Positions 50,066-61,773 are shown, counted from the stretch's first letter. The stretch: DNA of 64,000 nt from an uncultured beta proteobacterium (GCA_903885665.1 CAISJL010000004.1:40-64039); one strand, 5' to 3'. Notes: generated by a model not told the origin, from the sequence alone. Program-made: numbers and translations.

Positions 50066-51193
50066 ATGAAGTTTGGTATTCCTGCTGAGACACAGCACAA
50101 CGAGACACGGGTTGCCGCAACGCCTGAGACGGTGACGAAATTGCTCAAAGGTGGCTATCACAGCGTGATGGTAGAGGCCGGAGCCGGCCTTAAGGCAAGT
50201 ATTTTAGATGAACATTTTGTTGCCGCTGGTGCGAGTATTGTGCCCACGGCAGGCCATATTTACCAAGACGCTGAGGTGGTATTAAAAGTGCGCTCACCGC
50301 AAGCGACAGAGCTTGCGCAAATGCATGCCGGCCAGGTGCTTATTGGCTTACTCAATCCACATCATCGCGAAGGGTTGCAAGCCATGGCTACGCAAGGGGT
50401 GTGTGCTTTTGCGCTAGAAGCCTTACCTCGCATATCGCGCGCGCAAAGCATGGATGTGCTCTCCTCGCAGGCGAATTTAGGTGGATACAAAGCGGTGATG
50501 TTGGCGGCTAATGCCTATACCCGGTTGATGCCCATGTTGATGACGGCTGCAGGCACTGTAAAAGCGGCTCGCGTCATTATAATGGGCGTGGGTGTAGCTG
50601 GTTTACAGGCAATTGCAACGGCTAAGCGTCTTGGTGCAGTAGTCGAGGCGACTGACGTGCGTCCCGCCACCAAAGAGCAAGTTGAGTCATTGGGGGCGAA
50701 GTTTATTGACGTGCCTTTTGAAACCGATGAAGAGCGTGAAATTGCCCAAGGTGTTGGTGGCTATGCTCGTCCGATGCCAGCCACCTGGGTGGCGCGTCAG
50801 GCGAGTTTGGTTGCGGAGCGAATTCGCCAAGCAGATATTGTGATCACTACGGCATTGATTCCCGGACGTGCTGCACCCGTGTTGGTGACCGAAGAGATGG
50901 TCAGGTCGATGAAGCCTGGCTCAGTCATTGTGGATATGGCGGCAGAGCAAGGCGGTAATTGCCCTTTAACCGAGCTGGATCAAACCGTGGTAAAGCATGG
51001 GGTGACTTTAATTGGGATTGCTAACTTACCAGCGCTAGTAGCCACCGATGCAAGTGCCTTATATTCACGTAACATATTGAATTTTTTGGGATTATTTCTT
51101 AATCCTCAGACCGGAGTTTGGCATTTAGATCAAACTGATGAAATTATTGCGGGCACTTTGGTGTGCCATAACGGACAGTTACTACGGCCTTAA
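50066..51193 (+). CDS. pntAA: NAD(P) transhydrogenase subunit alpha part 1
   Basis: MKFGIPAETQHNETRVAATPETV and GVGVAGLQAIATAKRLGA. I prefer the ATG at 50066 (GAGAGGA upstream). Confidence 0.92.
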   Translation: MKFGIPAETQHNETRVAATPETVTKLLKGGYHSVMVEAGAGLKASILDEHFVAAGASIVPTAGHIYQDAEVVLKVRSPQATELAQMHAGQVLIGLLNPHHREGLQAMATQGVCAFALEALPRISRAQSMDVLSSQANLGGYKAVMLAANAYTRLMPMLMTAAGTVKAARVIIMGVGVAGLQAIATAKRLGAVVEATDVRPATKEQVESLGAKFIDVPFETDEEREIAQGVGGYARPMPATWVARQASLVAERIRQADIVITTALIPGRAAPVLVTEEMVRSMKPGSVIVDMAAEQGGNCPLTELDQTVVKHGVTLIGIANLPALVATDASALYSRNILNFLGLFLNPQTGVWHLDQTDEIIAGTLVCHNGQLLRP

Positions 51194-51332
51194 ACTTCAG
51201 TCTTAGGTTGTTGGGTGGAATGAAATTTTTTGTATTATTTTTTGTATTATTTTTTAATTTCTTTTGTTAATTAGACAGTTACATGCAGTTGTTGGTAATA
51301 GCCACTGGTGTATGTATTAGGGAGAATGTGTC

Positions 51333-51656
51333 ATGACAGGTGCGGTAGATCCAACCCTTATTAATTTGATCATCTTTGTATTGGCGGTGTTTGTCGGCTA
51401 CCACGTGGTCTGGAACGTCACCCCCGCATTGCATACCCCTTTGATGAGCGTGACTAATGCCATTTCCTCGGTGATTATTGTCGGAGCTATTCTCGCCGCG
51501 GGCGCCCAGACAGCAGATTTTGGCGCGATTTCTGGTGCAGTAGCCGTTGGGCTCGCAGCGATTAATGTCGTTGGTGGTTTTATGGTGACTCAGCGAATGT
51601 TGGAGATGTTCAAGAAAAAAACACCTAAGGCACCTCGGCAAGGGGATCAAGCATGA
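51333..51656 (+). CDS. pntAB: NAD(P) transhydrogenase subunit alpha part 2 (membrane)
   Basis: 107 aa with 3 TM helices. Overlaps the pntB start by ATGA. Confidence 0.88.
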   Translation: MTGAVDPTLINLIIFVLAVFVGYHVVWNVTPALHTPLMSVTNAISSVIIVGAILAAGAQTADFGAISGAVAVGLAAINVVGGFMVTQRMLEMFKKKTPKAPRQGDQA

Positions 51657-53056
51657 GCGCAAATATGGCAGTGTTGGGCTATTTGATTGCTTCGGTATGT
51701 TTTATTTTGGCGCTTAAGGGGCTGTCTCACCCTGAGTCTGCCCGTCAAGGCAATACCTTTGGTATGGTCGGTATGGCGATTGCGATTGTGGTGACTGTGG
51801 CAATTGTTGCGCAAGGTCGGCTCGATTTGATTTTATTAGCGATGGTGATTGGTGCGGCCATCGGCGCTTATGCTGCTCGCCGCGTCGAGATGACGCAAAT
51901 GCCAGAGTTAGTGGCGGCCATGCACTCCTTAGTTGGCTTAGCGGCAGTGCTCATTGCAGTCGCGGTAGTCAACAATCCGTCATCGTTTAATATGTCGAAC
52001 CCCATGCCTATGGGTAACAAGTTAGAGCTTTTTATCGGCACATTTGTAGGTGCTATTACTTTCTCGGGTTCGGTGATTGCCTTCGGTAAGTTAGCCGGTT
52101 TGGGTAAGCAGTTCCGCTTATTCTCTAGTGCGCCTGTGGTGTTCCCTGGTCAGCACATGGTTAACTTGATTTTAGCCATCGTGATGTTGGGTTTTGGCGG
52201 TGCGTTTTTTCTAGCGCCTGCCCAGCCTTGGTTGCCGTTCTTGGTGATGATGACGATTGCATTTGTTTTAGGTGTGTTAATCATTATTCCTATTGGTGGT
52301 GCTGATATGCCAGTGGTAATCTCGATGCTCAATAGTTATTCTGGATGGGCAGCTGCGGGCATTGGCTTCTCGCTCAATAACCAGCTGTTAATTATTGCGG
52401 GTTCTTTGGTGGGATCTTCCGGTGCGATTCTCTCCTACATTATGTGTAAGGCGATGAACCGCTCATTCTTTAGCGTCATTCTTGGTGGTTTTGGTGCGGC
52501 AGAGGGAGCGGCGTCTACGGGCGGTGAGGAGCGCACTGTGCGTTCGGGTTCGGCTGATGATGCGGCATTTTTGATGGCTAATGCGGAGTCTGTGATTATT
52601 GTCCCAGGCTATGGTTTAGCCGTGGCTCGCGCCCAGCATGCCGTTAAAGAATTGGCGCATAAGCTAATCGCCAAGGGTGTGACAGTACGCTATGCCATTC
52701 ATCCGGTAGCCGGGAGGATGCCAGGTCATATGAATGTACTTTTGGCTGAGGCGGAAGTCCCCTACGACCAAGTACTAGAGATGGATGATATTAACAGTGA
52801 CTTCGGCACGACCGATGTGGTGTTGGTATTGGGTGCTAATGACGTGGTGAATCCGCTAGCGCATGAAAAAGGCAGCCCAATTTACGGCATGCCAATTTTA
52901 GATGTGGCCAAATCACGTACTATCTTAGTCAACAAGCGTTCTATGGCGGCCGGTTATGCTGGACTTGATAATCCGCTGTTTTATATGGATAAGACGATGA
53001 TGGTTTTTGGCGATGCCAAGAAGGTTGTTGAAGATATTGTGAAGGGCTTAGATTAA
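51653..53056 (+). CDS. pntB: NAD(P) transhydrogenase subunit beta
   Basis: 467 aa with a membrane domain and a C-terminal NADP(H) domain ([32 protein letters not shown]). Confidence 0.93.
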   Translation: MSANMAVLGYLIASVCFILALKGLSHPESARQGNTFGMVGMAIAIVVTVAIVAQGRLDLILLAMVIGAAIGAYAARRVEMTQMPELVAAMHSLVGLAAVLIAVAVVNNPSSFNMSNPMPMGNKLELFIGTFVGAITFSGSVIAFGKLAGLGKQFRLFSSAPVVFPGQHMVNLILAIVMLGFGGAFFLAPAQPWLPFLVMMTIAFVLGVLIIIPIGGADMPVVISMLNSYSGWAAAGIGFSLNNQLLIIAGSLVGSSGAILSYIMCKAMNRSFFSVILGGFGAAEGAASTGGEERTVRSGSADDAAFLMANAESVIIVPGYGLAVARAQHAVKELAHKLIAKGVTVRYAIHPVAGRMPGHMNVLLAEAEVPYDQVLEMDDINSDFGTTDVVLVLGANDVVNPLAHEKGSPIYGMPILDVAKSRTILVNKRSMAAGYAGLDNPLFYMDKTMMVFGDAKKVVEDIVKGLD

Positions 53057-53110
53057 ATATCTTCAAATGCATGCATCCACAAATGGGGCGGGTGCATCAC
53101 TAAGTGATGA

Positions 53111-54841
53111 CTACAGATTGTTTTCTGAAACTGGTTGCCAGTGCTCGATGATGAGTTGTAAGGTGCTGGCACCTTTGTAGTGATTGGTGCTTAAGCGATA
53201 GCTTGCTTCGATCTGCTCAGGTAAGAATTCTGCTTGGCCAAACAGTATGGCTTCGAACAGCACTGCTTCACGCGCTAGACGTAGCTTGAGATGGCGTGTG
53301 CCAACGATGCGTTGATGTATGACTTTGAATTGATCAAAGAAGCGTGGCTCAGGAAAGCCTTGCCCCCAAACATGGGTCGCTATGATGTCTGCTTGTGCTA
53401 AGGTGGCTTCAGTCACGGCTAAGGGGCCGTCAGTCACCCATTGACGGGTTAGGTCAGCAGCACTGAGCAGCTCTTGAGCGACGCTTTCAAAAGCGTGTTG
53501 AAATGTAGCAAATGCGGATTCGGCAATGGTCAGGCCTGCGGCTGCAGCGTGCCCACCGAAGCGTAAAATTAATTGTGGTTGACGTTTTGAGATGAGATCT
53601 AGCGCATCGCGCAGATGGAGTCCGGGAATAGACCGTCCTGAGCCTTTGAGCTCACCGGCCGCCCCAGTAGCAAAAGCGAATGTTGGGCGATGAAACTGTT
53701 CACGCAAGCGAGAGGCGAGAATGCCAATTACGCCTTGATGCCATTGTGGGTGGTAAACACTTAAGGTGTAGCCGCTGGGAATCTCTGCAAGTTCGGCTAG
53801 TGCTGAGGCTTGCATATCGGCTTCAATATCGCGTCGCTGATGATTGAGTTGGTCGAGTTGTGCGGCAATTTCAGCGGCACGGGTGGCGTCGTTGGTGGTT
53901 AAACACTCGATGCCCAAGGACATGTCGGTCAGCCTTCCCGCAGCGTTGAGTCTAGGGCCAACCACAAAGCCTAAGTCGTAGGTTCCCACGCGCTCATGCT
54001 CGCGTCCTGCCGCGGCGAGCAGTGCTTGGATACCCGCTTGGGATCGACCATTACGAATGCGCTGTAACCCTTGCTCGACTAAGCGCCGGTTGTTGTCGTC
54101 GAGCTTGACCACATCGGCGACAGTGCCTAAGGCCACCAGATCAAGCCATTGACTGAGATTGGGTTCGGTTTGGGTGCGATAGGTGCCTCGTTCTCGTAAC
54201 TCGGCGCGCAACGCCAACATGACATAGAATATGACACCGACCCCGGCTAAGTGTTTGCTGGGAAATGTGCAGCCCGGTTGATTGGGGTTCACAATACACC
54301 ACGCGTCTGGCAGGTGGTCGCCAGGTAAGTGGTGGTCGGTGATTAAGACTTTGATGCCTGCGGCATTGGCTGCGGCGACGCCGTCAATACTGGCAATGCC
54401 GTTGTCTACAGTAATCAGAATGTCGGGTTGATGTTGCGTAATTGCGAGGGCCACAATCTCAGGGGTGAGGCCATAGCCATACTCAAAGCGATTCGGCACT
54501 AAGTAATCGACAGTCGCGCCAAATTGGCGCAAGGCTCTCAGACCCACGGCACAGGCAGTTGCGCCATCGGCATCGTAGTCGGCAATGATCAGTAATTTTC
54601 TCTGGGCTGCAATTGCATCGGCTAGATGTGCTGCCATTTGTGTAATGCCAAGCATTAATTGCGGCGCTAGTAACGCACTGAGGTCGGTAGCGAGTTGCGC
54701 GATATCGTGAATCTCTCGTGCAGCATATAGCCTAGCCATTAATGGGCTGATACCTTGTCCGAGCAGGTGTTCTTGTGCTTCAGGGTTAACTGCTCGGATC
54801 GTGACGCTGCTCGCCACAGAGCCATGACATGCTTCGGTCAT
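53111..54841 (-). CDS. recJ: single-stranded-DNA-specific exonuclease RecJ
   Basis: DHH motifs DYDADGATA, VDNGI, ITDHH and GGHAAAAG. Confidence 0.93.
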   Translation of the reverse strand: MTEACHGSVASSVTIRAVNPEAQEHLLGQGISPLMARLYAAREIHDIAQLATDLSALLAPQLMLGITQMAAHLADAIAAQRKLLIIADYDADGATACAVGLRALRQFGATVDYLVPNRFEYGYGLTPEIVALAITQHQPDILITVDNGIASIDGVAAANAAGIKVLITDHHLPGDHLPDAWCIVNPNQPGCTFPSKHLAGVGVIFYVMLALRAELRERGTYRTQTEPNLSQWLDLVALGTVADVVKLDDNNRRLVEQGLQRIRNGRSQAGIQALLAAAGREHERVGTYDLGFVVGPRLNAAGRLTDMSLGIECLTTNDATRAAEIAAQLDQLNHQRRDIEADMQASALAELAEIPSGYTLSVYHPQWHQGVIGILASRLREQFHRPTFAFATGAAGELKGSGRSIPGLHLRDALDLISKRQPQLILRFGGHAAAAGLTIAESAFATFQHAFESVAQELLSAADLTRQWVTDGPLAVTEATLAQADIIATHVWGQGFPEPRFFDQFKVIHQRIVGTRHLKLRLAREAVLFEAILFGQAEFLPEQIEASYRLSTNHYKGASTLQLIIEHWQPVSENNL

Positions 54842-55875
54842 TCGCTACTCGCCAGTGCAGACCAGCTCAAGGGGCTGCGCCAAAATTTATAGTGATCTGT
54901 GGGGCGGCAAGTGATTTGTAGACAGCGATCTGCACCGGTAGCAATCAAGGTGATTTGCTCTAGTTGTTTAGCCTGTAGTGCGGCCTGGAGCGGAGCAAAC
55001 CATAGGTCTTCAAGTGTGGCAAGTGCTTTGCGCCAACCCAATGGACCACCATAGCGTACCGCGATATGTGCGCGCTCTAGGGTGATTAAGTGTTGGTCGC
55101 CTAGGCGAGGTTTACTTGCAAACCATGAGGCGGCATTGGCGGGTGCAGCCAGTGCTTCAGCACCACTATAGATGGCTAAGGCTGTGGCAAGGGGGTCGTC
55201 ACTCCAAAGGTGTTGGAAGTGCTCGCCATGAACCATCGGTTTATGTCCACCACCCCACAGGTAGAGGCTATTGATGGTGGGTATTTGCTGTGCGCTACGG
55301 CGTTGGTTAACCGGGTGATCGTGGAGAGCGATTTGCACTTCAGTGAGCAATCGATGCCAGCGACTGGCTTGCGCACCACTTAATAACACGCGCGGTAGCA
55401 GCCGGCCGGCGATAGCGCCAAGTGGTGGTGCGACGACCTCACTGGCTGCCGTTTGGTGAATATACCAGCGGGTAGAGTGCGCGACTTGGAGTTGTATGTG
55501 ATCTGGTGTGAAATAGGTGTTCAGTGTATCGGCTAGTGCCAATGCATCTGCATGGTCGAGTTCGAGTTGGGGTGCGGCAATGATGCGGCTACCATTGCGC
55601 TCTAGCTGAAGGTGTACTGGGTCTGCACGTATCCACCAATCGTCACCAACGTTCAGTCCATCTAGGCTTGCAGTCAGTGCGGCGACTGGCCAGTCTTGCC
55701 GCTGCTCCACCTCAAAAGCTTGGCATAGCCAGACTTCAGGGGCGATCGGGGCAAATTGCAGGCGATGGCCACGTCCCATGAGTTGCCGCAACGATGGGGC
55801 AGGGTCGGCCTGAGTCGCTTGGAATTCGGTGCCGTAAGGCGGCAGTAGGTCGGGTATAAACAGTGTGAGGTGCAT
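54838..55875 (-). CDS. conserved hypothetical protein translationally coupled to recJ
   Basis: 345-aa ORF with coding-like composition. Its stop overlaps the recJ start by 4 nt. I recognise no motif. Confidence 0.6.
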   Translation of the reverse strand: MHLTLFIPDLLPPYGTEFQATQADPAPSLRQLMGRGHRLQFAPIAPEVWLCQAFEVEQRQDWPVAALTASLDGLNVGDDWWIRADPVHLQLERNGSRIIAAPQLELDHADALALADTLNTYFTPDHIQLQVAHSTRWYIHQTAASEVVAPPLGAIAGRLLPRVLLSGAQASRWHRLLTEVQIALHDHPVNQRRSAQQIPTINSLYLWGGGHKPMVHGEHFQHLWSDDPLATALAIYSGAEALAAPANAASWFASKPRLGDQHLITLERAHIAVRYGGPLGWRKALATLEDLWFAPLQAALQAKQLEQITLIATGADRCLQITCRPTDHYKFWRSPLSWSALASSE

Positions 55876-56135
55876 GGGGCGGGCGAGCAGCGTCCAGTCG
55901 CAAGCTAAATAAAAGGGACGCTATGCCGTACACTTTGGGCTTGGGTTCTAGGTTAATGAGGAAGGATTAAAAATCCAGAATGAATCATTCGGAATTGACA
56001 ATCCAGAGCCTAGGGTTTGGGCTTTTAGTGCGGCGGCTAGCGCGGGCAGGCGCAATTTTAACATGCTAGGCCGTATCTATTGTTTTTAGTGTCTCAGTTT
56101 GTGGCACACTGCGCTTTTCGAGGATACGTCATATT

Positions 56136-57380
56136 GTGAGTGCATTTTCATTTTTTGTTGGATTACGCTATACCCGTTCGCGTTCGCGCTCCCGATTCAT
56201 TTCGGTGATCTCGTTAATTTCCGTAGTCGGCATTGCCCTAGGAATGACTGTGTTGATTACGGTATTGTCGGTATTTAATGGGTTTCAGCGCGAGGTACGC
56301 ACCCGAATGTTGAGTGCGGTGGCTCACGTCCAAATTAGTGCTGTTGGCGAGACCTTGCACGATTGGTCAGCTGTGGCGGCAGTCGCACGTGAGCAAGCGC
56401 ATGTGTTAGCGGCAGCGCCTTATGTGTCGGCCCAGGGCTTACTGACTAATAATGGCAACGTGCGGGGTGCGATCCTCCGTGGAATTGAGCCTGGCGCTGA
56501 GGCGAAAGTGAGCGAAATTGAGCAGCATATGTTATCGGGATCACTCAATGCCTTAGTGGCTGGTGAGTATCGCGCGGTGTTGGGTGCCCCCTTGGCGCGG
56601 ATGTTGGGGGTGGGCATTGGCGACACAGTGGTGTTGGTGGCGCCACAAGGGCAGGTGACGCCAGCTGGGATTATGCCGCGTTTGCGACAGTTTACGGTTG
56701 CTGGTATTTTTGAAGTCGGACATTACGAAATTGATTCAGGCATGGCGGTGGTGCATATCGAAGATGCGCAGCGCTTGTATCGCATGGGCGATGCGGTCAG
56801 TGGCGTGCGTTTACGTTTGGATGATTTGTTCCTGGCGCCAAAACTAGCACAGACCTTGGCTGGTGTGTTGCCCACTGGTTTGACGGTGACCGATTGGTCG
56901 CGTTTTAACGCCACTTACTTCAGGGCAGTCGAGTTAGAGAAGCGCATGATGTCCTTGTTGTTATTTTTTATCATTGCGATTGCTGCATTCAATATGGTGT
57001 CTAGTTTGTATATGATGGTCAATGAGAAACAAGCCGATATTGCCATCTTGCGTACTATGGGAGCTTCTCCTTCAGAAGTGATGCAAATATTTATGGTGCA
57101 AGGTACTTTAATTGGTGTGATTGGTGTGGGTTGCGGGATTGTGTTCGGCATACTGGGTGCGCTCAATGTCGATACCATCATTGGTGTGGTGGAGCACATC
57201 TTTAGAGTTAAGTTTATGCCGCAAGACGTTTATCAAATTGCCGATCTGCCCTCTGAGTTACAGTGGGCCGATGTGGTATTAACTGCGACTGTTGCATTTG
57301 TGCTCTCGGTGTTAGCGACCATCTATCCCAGCTATCGCGCCTCTCAGGTCAACCCAGCGGAGGCCTTGCGCTATGAGTGA
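56136..57380 (+). CDS. lolC: lipoprotein-releasing ABC transporter permease (LolC/LolE family)
   Basis: 414 aa with N-terminus [10 protein letters not shown] and a C-terminal FtsX-type domain. GTG start. Confidence 0.88.
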   Translation: MSAFSFFVGLRYTRSRSRSRFISVISLISVVGIALGMTVLITVLSVFNGFQREVRTRMLSAVAHVQISAVGETLHDWSAVAAVAREQAHVLAAAPYVSAQGLLTNNGNVRGAILRGIEPGAEAKVSEIEQHMLSGSLNALVAGEYRAVLGAPLARMLGVGIGDTVVLVAPQGQVTPAGIMPRLRQFTVAGIFEVGHYEIDSGMAVVHIEDAQRLYRMGDAVSGVRLRLDDLFLAPKLAQTLAGVLPTGLTVTDWSRFNATYFRAVELEKRMMSLLLFFIIAIAAFNMVSSLYMMVNEKQADIAILRTMGASPSEVMQIFMVQGTLIGVIGVGCGIVFGILGALNVDTIIGVVEHIFRVKFMPQDVYQIADLPSELQWADVVLTATVAFVLSVLATIYPSYRASQVNPAEALRYE

Positions 57381-58047
57381 ATCAGTCATTGCGTGTCAGG
57401 GTTTATATAAATCCTATCGCCAAGGTGCAGCCAGTGTATCGGTGTTATCGGGTGTAGATTTGGTGGTGGCTGCTGGTGAGCGGATTGCGGTAGTGGGTGC
57501 TTCGGGCTCTGGTAAAAGCACCTTGTTGCATTTGTTAGGTGGCCTGGATACACCTAGCGCAGGGGAAGTGCGAATTTTAGGTCAGAACATTGCAACCCAA
57601 AGCGAACTCGAGCGTGGCCGTGTGCGCAACCGTACTTTGGGTTTTGTCTATCAGTTTCATCATTTGTTGCCCGAGTTTAGCGCCTTGGAAAATGTCGCAA
57701 TGCCGTTGTTGATTCGAGGCGAGGCGAGAGCGCAGGCGCACACTGCAGCGACTGCAATGCTCAAGGCCGTAGGTTTAGCGCATCGCTTGGATCACACGCC
57801 TGGTGAATTATCCGGTGGTGAGCGCCAGCGTACTGCATTGGCGCGCGCTTTGGTGACCAGACCCGCTTGTGTGTTGGCTGATGAACCAACAGGCAATCTA
57901 GATCGACGCACAGCGGAAGCGGTGTTTGATTTGTTGTTACAGCTCAATCGCGAGTTACAGACAAGTTTTGTGATTGTGACTCATGACTTACGTATTGCTG
58001 AGCGGGCTGATCGAATTGTGACGCTAGACGATGGGGTGTTGCGTTAA
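57373..58047 (+). CDS. lolD: lipoprotein-releasing system ATP-binding protein
   Basis: Walker [10 protein letters not shown], signature LSGGERQR, Walker [11 protein letters not shown]. Overlaps lolC by 8 nt. Confidence 0.92.
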   Translation: MSESVIACQGLYKSYRQGAASVSVLSGVDLVVAAGERIAVVGASGSGKSTLLHLLGGLDTPSAGEVRILGQNIATQSELERGRVRNRTLGFVYQFHHLLPEFSALENVAMPLLIRGEARAQAHTAATAMLKAVGLAHRLDHTPGELSGGERQRTALARALVTRPACVLADEPTGNLDRRTAEAVFDLLLQLNRELQTSFVIVTHDLRIAERADRIVTLDDGVLR

Positions 58048-58074
58048 CCAGTGTGAGTTGTACGCTGTCAGAGA

Positions 58075-58431
58075 TTAATTAGACTCTGGCGTACTAATAT
58101 TCAATACGCCACTATCGATTAGCTTGTGATAGCTAGCGGGATCTTGCAACGCTTGTTGGAGCAAGAAGTGTGGCGCGCCGCGTTTGATGAGACGCGGTAC
58201 GATAATTCCTGCAGCGATAATGCCTAAGCCAGTCTTTATCCATCCCGTTAACGCGAGAGCCACTCCTAACCCCAAAACCGGCAAGCTCACTAGCGGTAGC
58301 AGCAATTGCGCGCTTAAATATTGTGCAGCAGCGAGGCGATCCAGGTGCACGATGATGTCACCATCGCGGTAAGCGCGCACAAAAGCATCATGCTCTAGGG
58401 TGTTTGGCATGACTCCGGTTGGTGTTTGCAT
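58075..58431 (-). CDS. small hypothetical membrane protein
   Basis: 118 aa with two central TM helices (LLLPLVSLPVLGLGVALALTGWIKTGLGIIAAGIIV). Confidence 0.5.
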   Translation of the reverse strand: MQTPTGVMPNTLEHDAFVRAYRDGDIIVHLDRLAAAQYLSAQLLLPLVSLPVLGLGVALALTGWIKTGLGIIAAGIIVPRLIKRGAPHFLLQQALQDPASYHKLIDSGVLNISTPESN

Positions 58432-58473
58432 AAAAAAATATTAACTATATGAATTTATTAATTTTTTTAATGA

Positions 58474-59094
58474 TTAGTATTCGACGGGCTCGGGGTCTAT
58501 GCTGCGCCATAAATACCAGGTGGCGACCGAGCGCCAAGGTTGCCATAGGGTGCTCAAGGCATTGAGGCGTCGTGACGACAGTTCGCGCCCACGGTTGTAA
58601 TGTAATTGCAATGCGCGTATTAGACCAATGTCGCCTAGAGGGAATACATCGGGGCGGGTTAAGTAGAACATTAAAAACATCTCCGCAGTCCAGCGTCCGA
58701 TGCCTTTGACTTGGGTTAGATCGCTAATTAGGGCTTCATCATCCATGTCGGGCCAGTCGCTTACTGCCAAGCGATTTTCATTAAAGTGCAAACACAAGTC
58801 ATAGAGATAAGTGACTTTTTGACCCGATAAGCCACAGGCCCGTAGCGTGCTAATGGGTAGCGCGCAGACCCGTTTGGGTTGCACTTTCCCCGCAGCAGTG
58901 GCAAAACGTTCCCACACACTTTGCGCGGCTTTGACCGATATTTGCTGACCGACAATGGCTCGTGCAAGGGTTTGAAAGGGATCACCGCGACTGCTTAAAG
59001 TGAGCCCTGGGTAGCGGCTGATTAATGCGCCTAAAATCGGATCGGCGGCGCGTAATTCGCGCAGAGCGCGGCGCCAGTAGGTGGGTGTGGTCAT
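58474..59094 (-). CDS. DNA-3-methyladenine glycosylase II-like (HhH-GPD superfamily)
   Basis: 206 aa with the helix-hairpin-helix VKGIGRWTAEMFLMF followed by PLGDIGL. Confidence 0.82.
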   Translation of the reverse strand: MTTPTYWRRALRELRAADPILGALISRYPGLTLSSRGDPFQTLARAIVGQQISVKAAQSVWERFATAAGKVQPKRVCALPISTLRACGLSGQKVTYLYDLCLHFNENRLAVSDWPDMDDEALISDLTQVKGIGRWTAEMFLMFYLTRPDVFPLGDIGLIRALQLHYNRGRELSSRRLNALSTLWQPWRSVATWYLWRSIDPEPVEY

Positions 59095-59182
59095 TGCGAT
59101 TTTTGGATTAAAATTTATTTAAGTTACTGAAATTATTCATTATATTTTAGGGTCTTGCAGGGTCTTTTGTTGACAGGCGCAT

Positions 59183-59220
59183 GTATTGAAAGGTACTCGT
59201 ATTGAAAGGTACTTGTATTA
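59183..59220. repeat. 16-bp tandem direct repeat, about 2.4 copies (gtattgaaaggtactY)
   Basis: Copies at 59183-59198 and 59199-59214, plus a partial gtatta. agggtctt also occurs twice, at 59149 and 59159. Confidence 0.85.
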
Positions 59221-59363
59221 ACAGCTGCTTATCTTTACCAGTACTTGGGTGAAGGTGTGCGCTAACGCTGAGCGGGTCAGATTAATCCTCTGGTTGAGAG
59301 GTATTGCGTATGCATTGTAGCGTGTTCCGTCAGCCGTAGTCGTGGTGATTCGTTAAGGCTTGT

Positions 59364-61773
59364 ATGTTACTACTCCCGGTTATACCTATTGTTGGCTTTG
59401 CTGCAGGGGTGTTGATTCTGCAGCAGCAAGCGCAGCTGCCCAATCTATCTGGTGCTTATGGACTGGTATTGGCTGCTGTGGTGCTTAGCGCTTGCTGGCG
59501 GCGTTGGCCACATGGAGTGGCTTGGCAGCACATCCGTTATGGGTTGTTATGTCTAATGTGCTTGGCGGCGGGTTTCTTGTGGGCAGCGGCCAATGCGACT
59601 TGGCGGATGGCGGATGCACTACCCGCGATTAGCGAAGGGCGCGACATCACAGTTATTGGCGTGGTGTCGAATTTGCCGCAAGCCTATGGCCGTAGCCTGC
59701 GCTTTGAATTTGATGTCGAGCAAGTATTGACCGCAGGTTATCAGGTGCCTAGTCGTATTGTTTTATCTTGGTGGAGTAGCTCGGCGCTTGAGCCGCAGCA
59801 GGGTTTTGTATCGATCAAGCCCGGTGAACGTTGGCGCTTTACGGTGCGCCTCAAGCGACCGCATGGTTTGGTGAATCCGCATGGTTTTGATTACGAAGTC
59901 ATGCTGCTCGAGCGGGGTATTCGCGCAACGGGTTATGTGCGCCCCAAATCGTCTGCTGAGCGACTCTCTAGCTTGGTACCTGCGCCAACGTATTGGATTG
60001 GATGGGTACGTGGCCAGATGCGCGAGCGCATCGAGCGTGTGCTCGGTGATGCACCCACGACCGGCGTGATTGCAGCGCTGGCAATGGGTGACCAACGCGG
60101 GATACCGCCCGAGCAATGGCAGATCTTCACTCGCACCGGTGTGAATCATTTAATCAGTATCTCAGGGTTGCATGTCACCATGTTCTCTGGCCTCATTTTT
60201 TGGTTGGTGAATTGGGCTTGGCGTCGCAGTCGCCGACTAGTGCTCTTATTGCCGGCAACAAAGGCTGCGGCTGTGGCAGGATTGCTCGCCGCTCTGTGCT
60301 ATGCATTGTTAGCAGGCTTTGCCGTGCCGGCACAGCGTACGGTATGGATGTTAGCGGTAGTGGCAGTGGCGTTGTGGTCGGGGCGCATGGCTTCGTCTGC
60401 GCAAGTGCTCGCCAGTGCCTTGTGGGTGGTTTTGCTGATAGACCCTTGGGCAGTATTGGCTCCCGGTTTTTGGTTATCGTTTGGCGCGGTGGCGATTATT
60501 ATGTGGGTGACAGTGCAGCGTCTACACAACCCCGTGTGGTGGATGGCATGGGGCCAGGTGCAATGGGCGGTAACAATCGCGTTAGTGCCTGCGCTCTTAT
60601 TGATGTTTCAACAAGTTTCAATCATCTCGCCAATAGTCAACGCGGTTGCGATTCCAGTGGTAAGTTGGGCAGTCGTACCTTTGGCATTGGGGGGGATTGA
60701 TAGTGCCTCTAGACGGACTGCTGCAGGCTGCTCAGTGGTTGATGGCTCAGCTCACCGATTTGCTGGGATGGGCGAGCACCTTGCCTGAGGCTGCTTGGCA
60801 ACAACATAGCCCACCCACATGGACTGTTGTTGTGGCGGGCTTTGGTGCGCTGTGGATGTTATTGCCACGAGGGTTTCCTGCCCGTTGGCTGGGTGCGCTG
60901 ACTTTTTTGCCTATGCTGTGCATTTTGCCGCCTGTTCCCGCGCCAGGCCATGCCGCATTGACGGTATTGGATGTGGGTCAGGGCTTATCTATTGTGATCC
61001 AGACGCACAGTCACACACTTGTGTTTGATACGGGCCCCGCTTTTGGGGTGGGAGCAGATAGCGGCACACGAGTGCTGATTCCGTATTTAAGAGCGCAAGG
61101 GATTCGCCGTATCGATACCTTGATCCTCAGTCACGATGATGCTGATCACACCGGTGGCGCCTTGTCGTTGTTGCAAGCCGTACCAGTGTCTTCGGTGTTG
61201 TCGTCTCTGCCAGATTGGGATCCAGCACTGCTGCTCATTGGCCGCGAACATCACTGTGCAGCGGGCCAGTCGTGGCAGTGGGATGGCGTGTTATTTGAAA
61301 TACTCTATCCCGAGAGTGGGCATTGGGATCAACCTCGGCTCAAGGATAATGAGCGTAGTTGTGTATTGAAGGTGAGTGCGGCGGGTGGCAGTGTCTTGAT
61401 CCCTGCGGATATTGAACGCCGTGGTGAGCGCTATTTGTTAGCGCATGCGTCTGGGCAGATATCGGCAGACCTATTAATCGCCCCCCATCAAGGCAGTCGC
61501 ACCTCATCGTCTTGGGATTTTGTGATGGGTGTGGCGCCACAGGCAGTCATCTTTCCGGTGGGTTATCGCAATCGTTTTGGACATCCTCACCCTGAAATAC
61601 AGGCGCGTTACGCTGCCCTAGGTGTGGAGTCCTATCGCACTGATGATAGTGGAGCGATTTTGGTGAGCATCAAAGAGCGAATTACCATCCGCCGTCAGCG
61701 GCTGTTGCAAGCGCGTTATTGGCAAGACTTGCCAGCCGGTGTCGACGATGAGCTGATGGTGCCTGCATATTAA
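59364..61773 (+). pseudogene. comEC: DNA internalization competence protein ComEC/Rec2, frameshifted in a G7 tract
   Basis: The N-terminal 474-aa ORF holds the competence membrane domain. The C-terminal 358-aa ORF holds the metallo-beta-lactamase domain (LSHDDADHTGG) and is in the +1 frame. The switch maps to ggggggg at 60689-60695. With G6 the sequence would read ..VVPLALGGLIVPLDGLLQAAQ... Confidence 0.85.

Noticed and set aside
51279-51662. 127-aa minus-strand ORF opposite pntAB
   Set aside because: It is antisense to a well-supported membrane subunit that is translationally coupled to pntB. Its Cys/His/Arg-rich composition is typical of an antisense artefact.
60116-60700. 194-aa plus-strand ORF in a third frame inside comEC
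   Set aside because: It lies within the ComEC membrane domain coding frame. Its Gly/Arg/Cys-rich composition is non-protein-like, and it is not needed to explain the frameshift.
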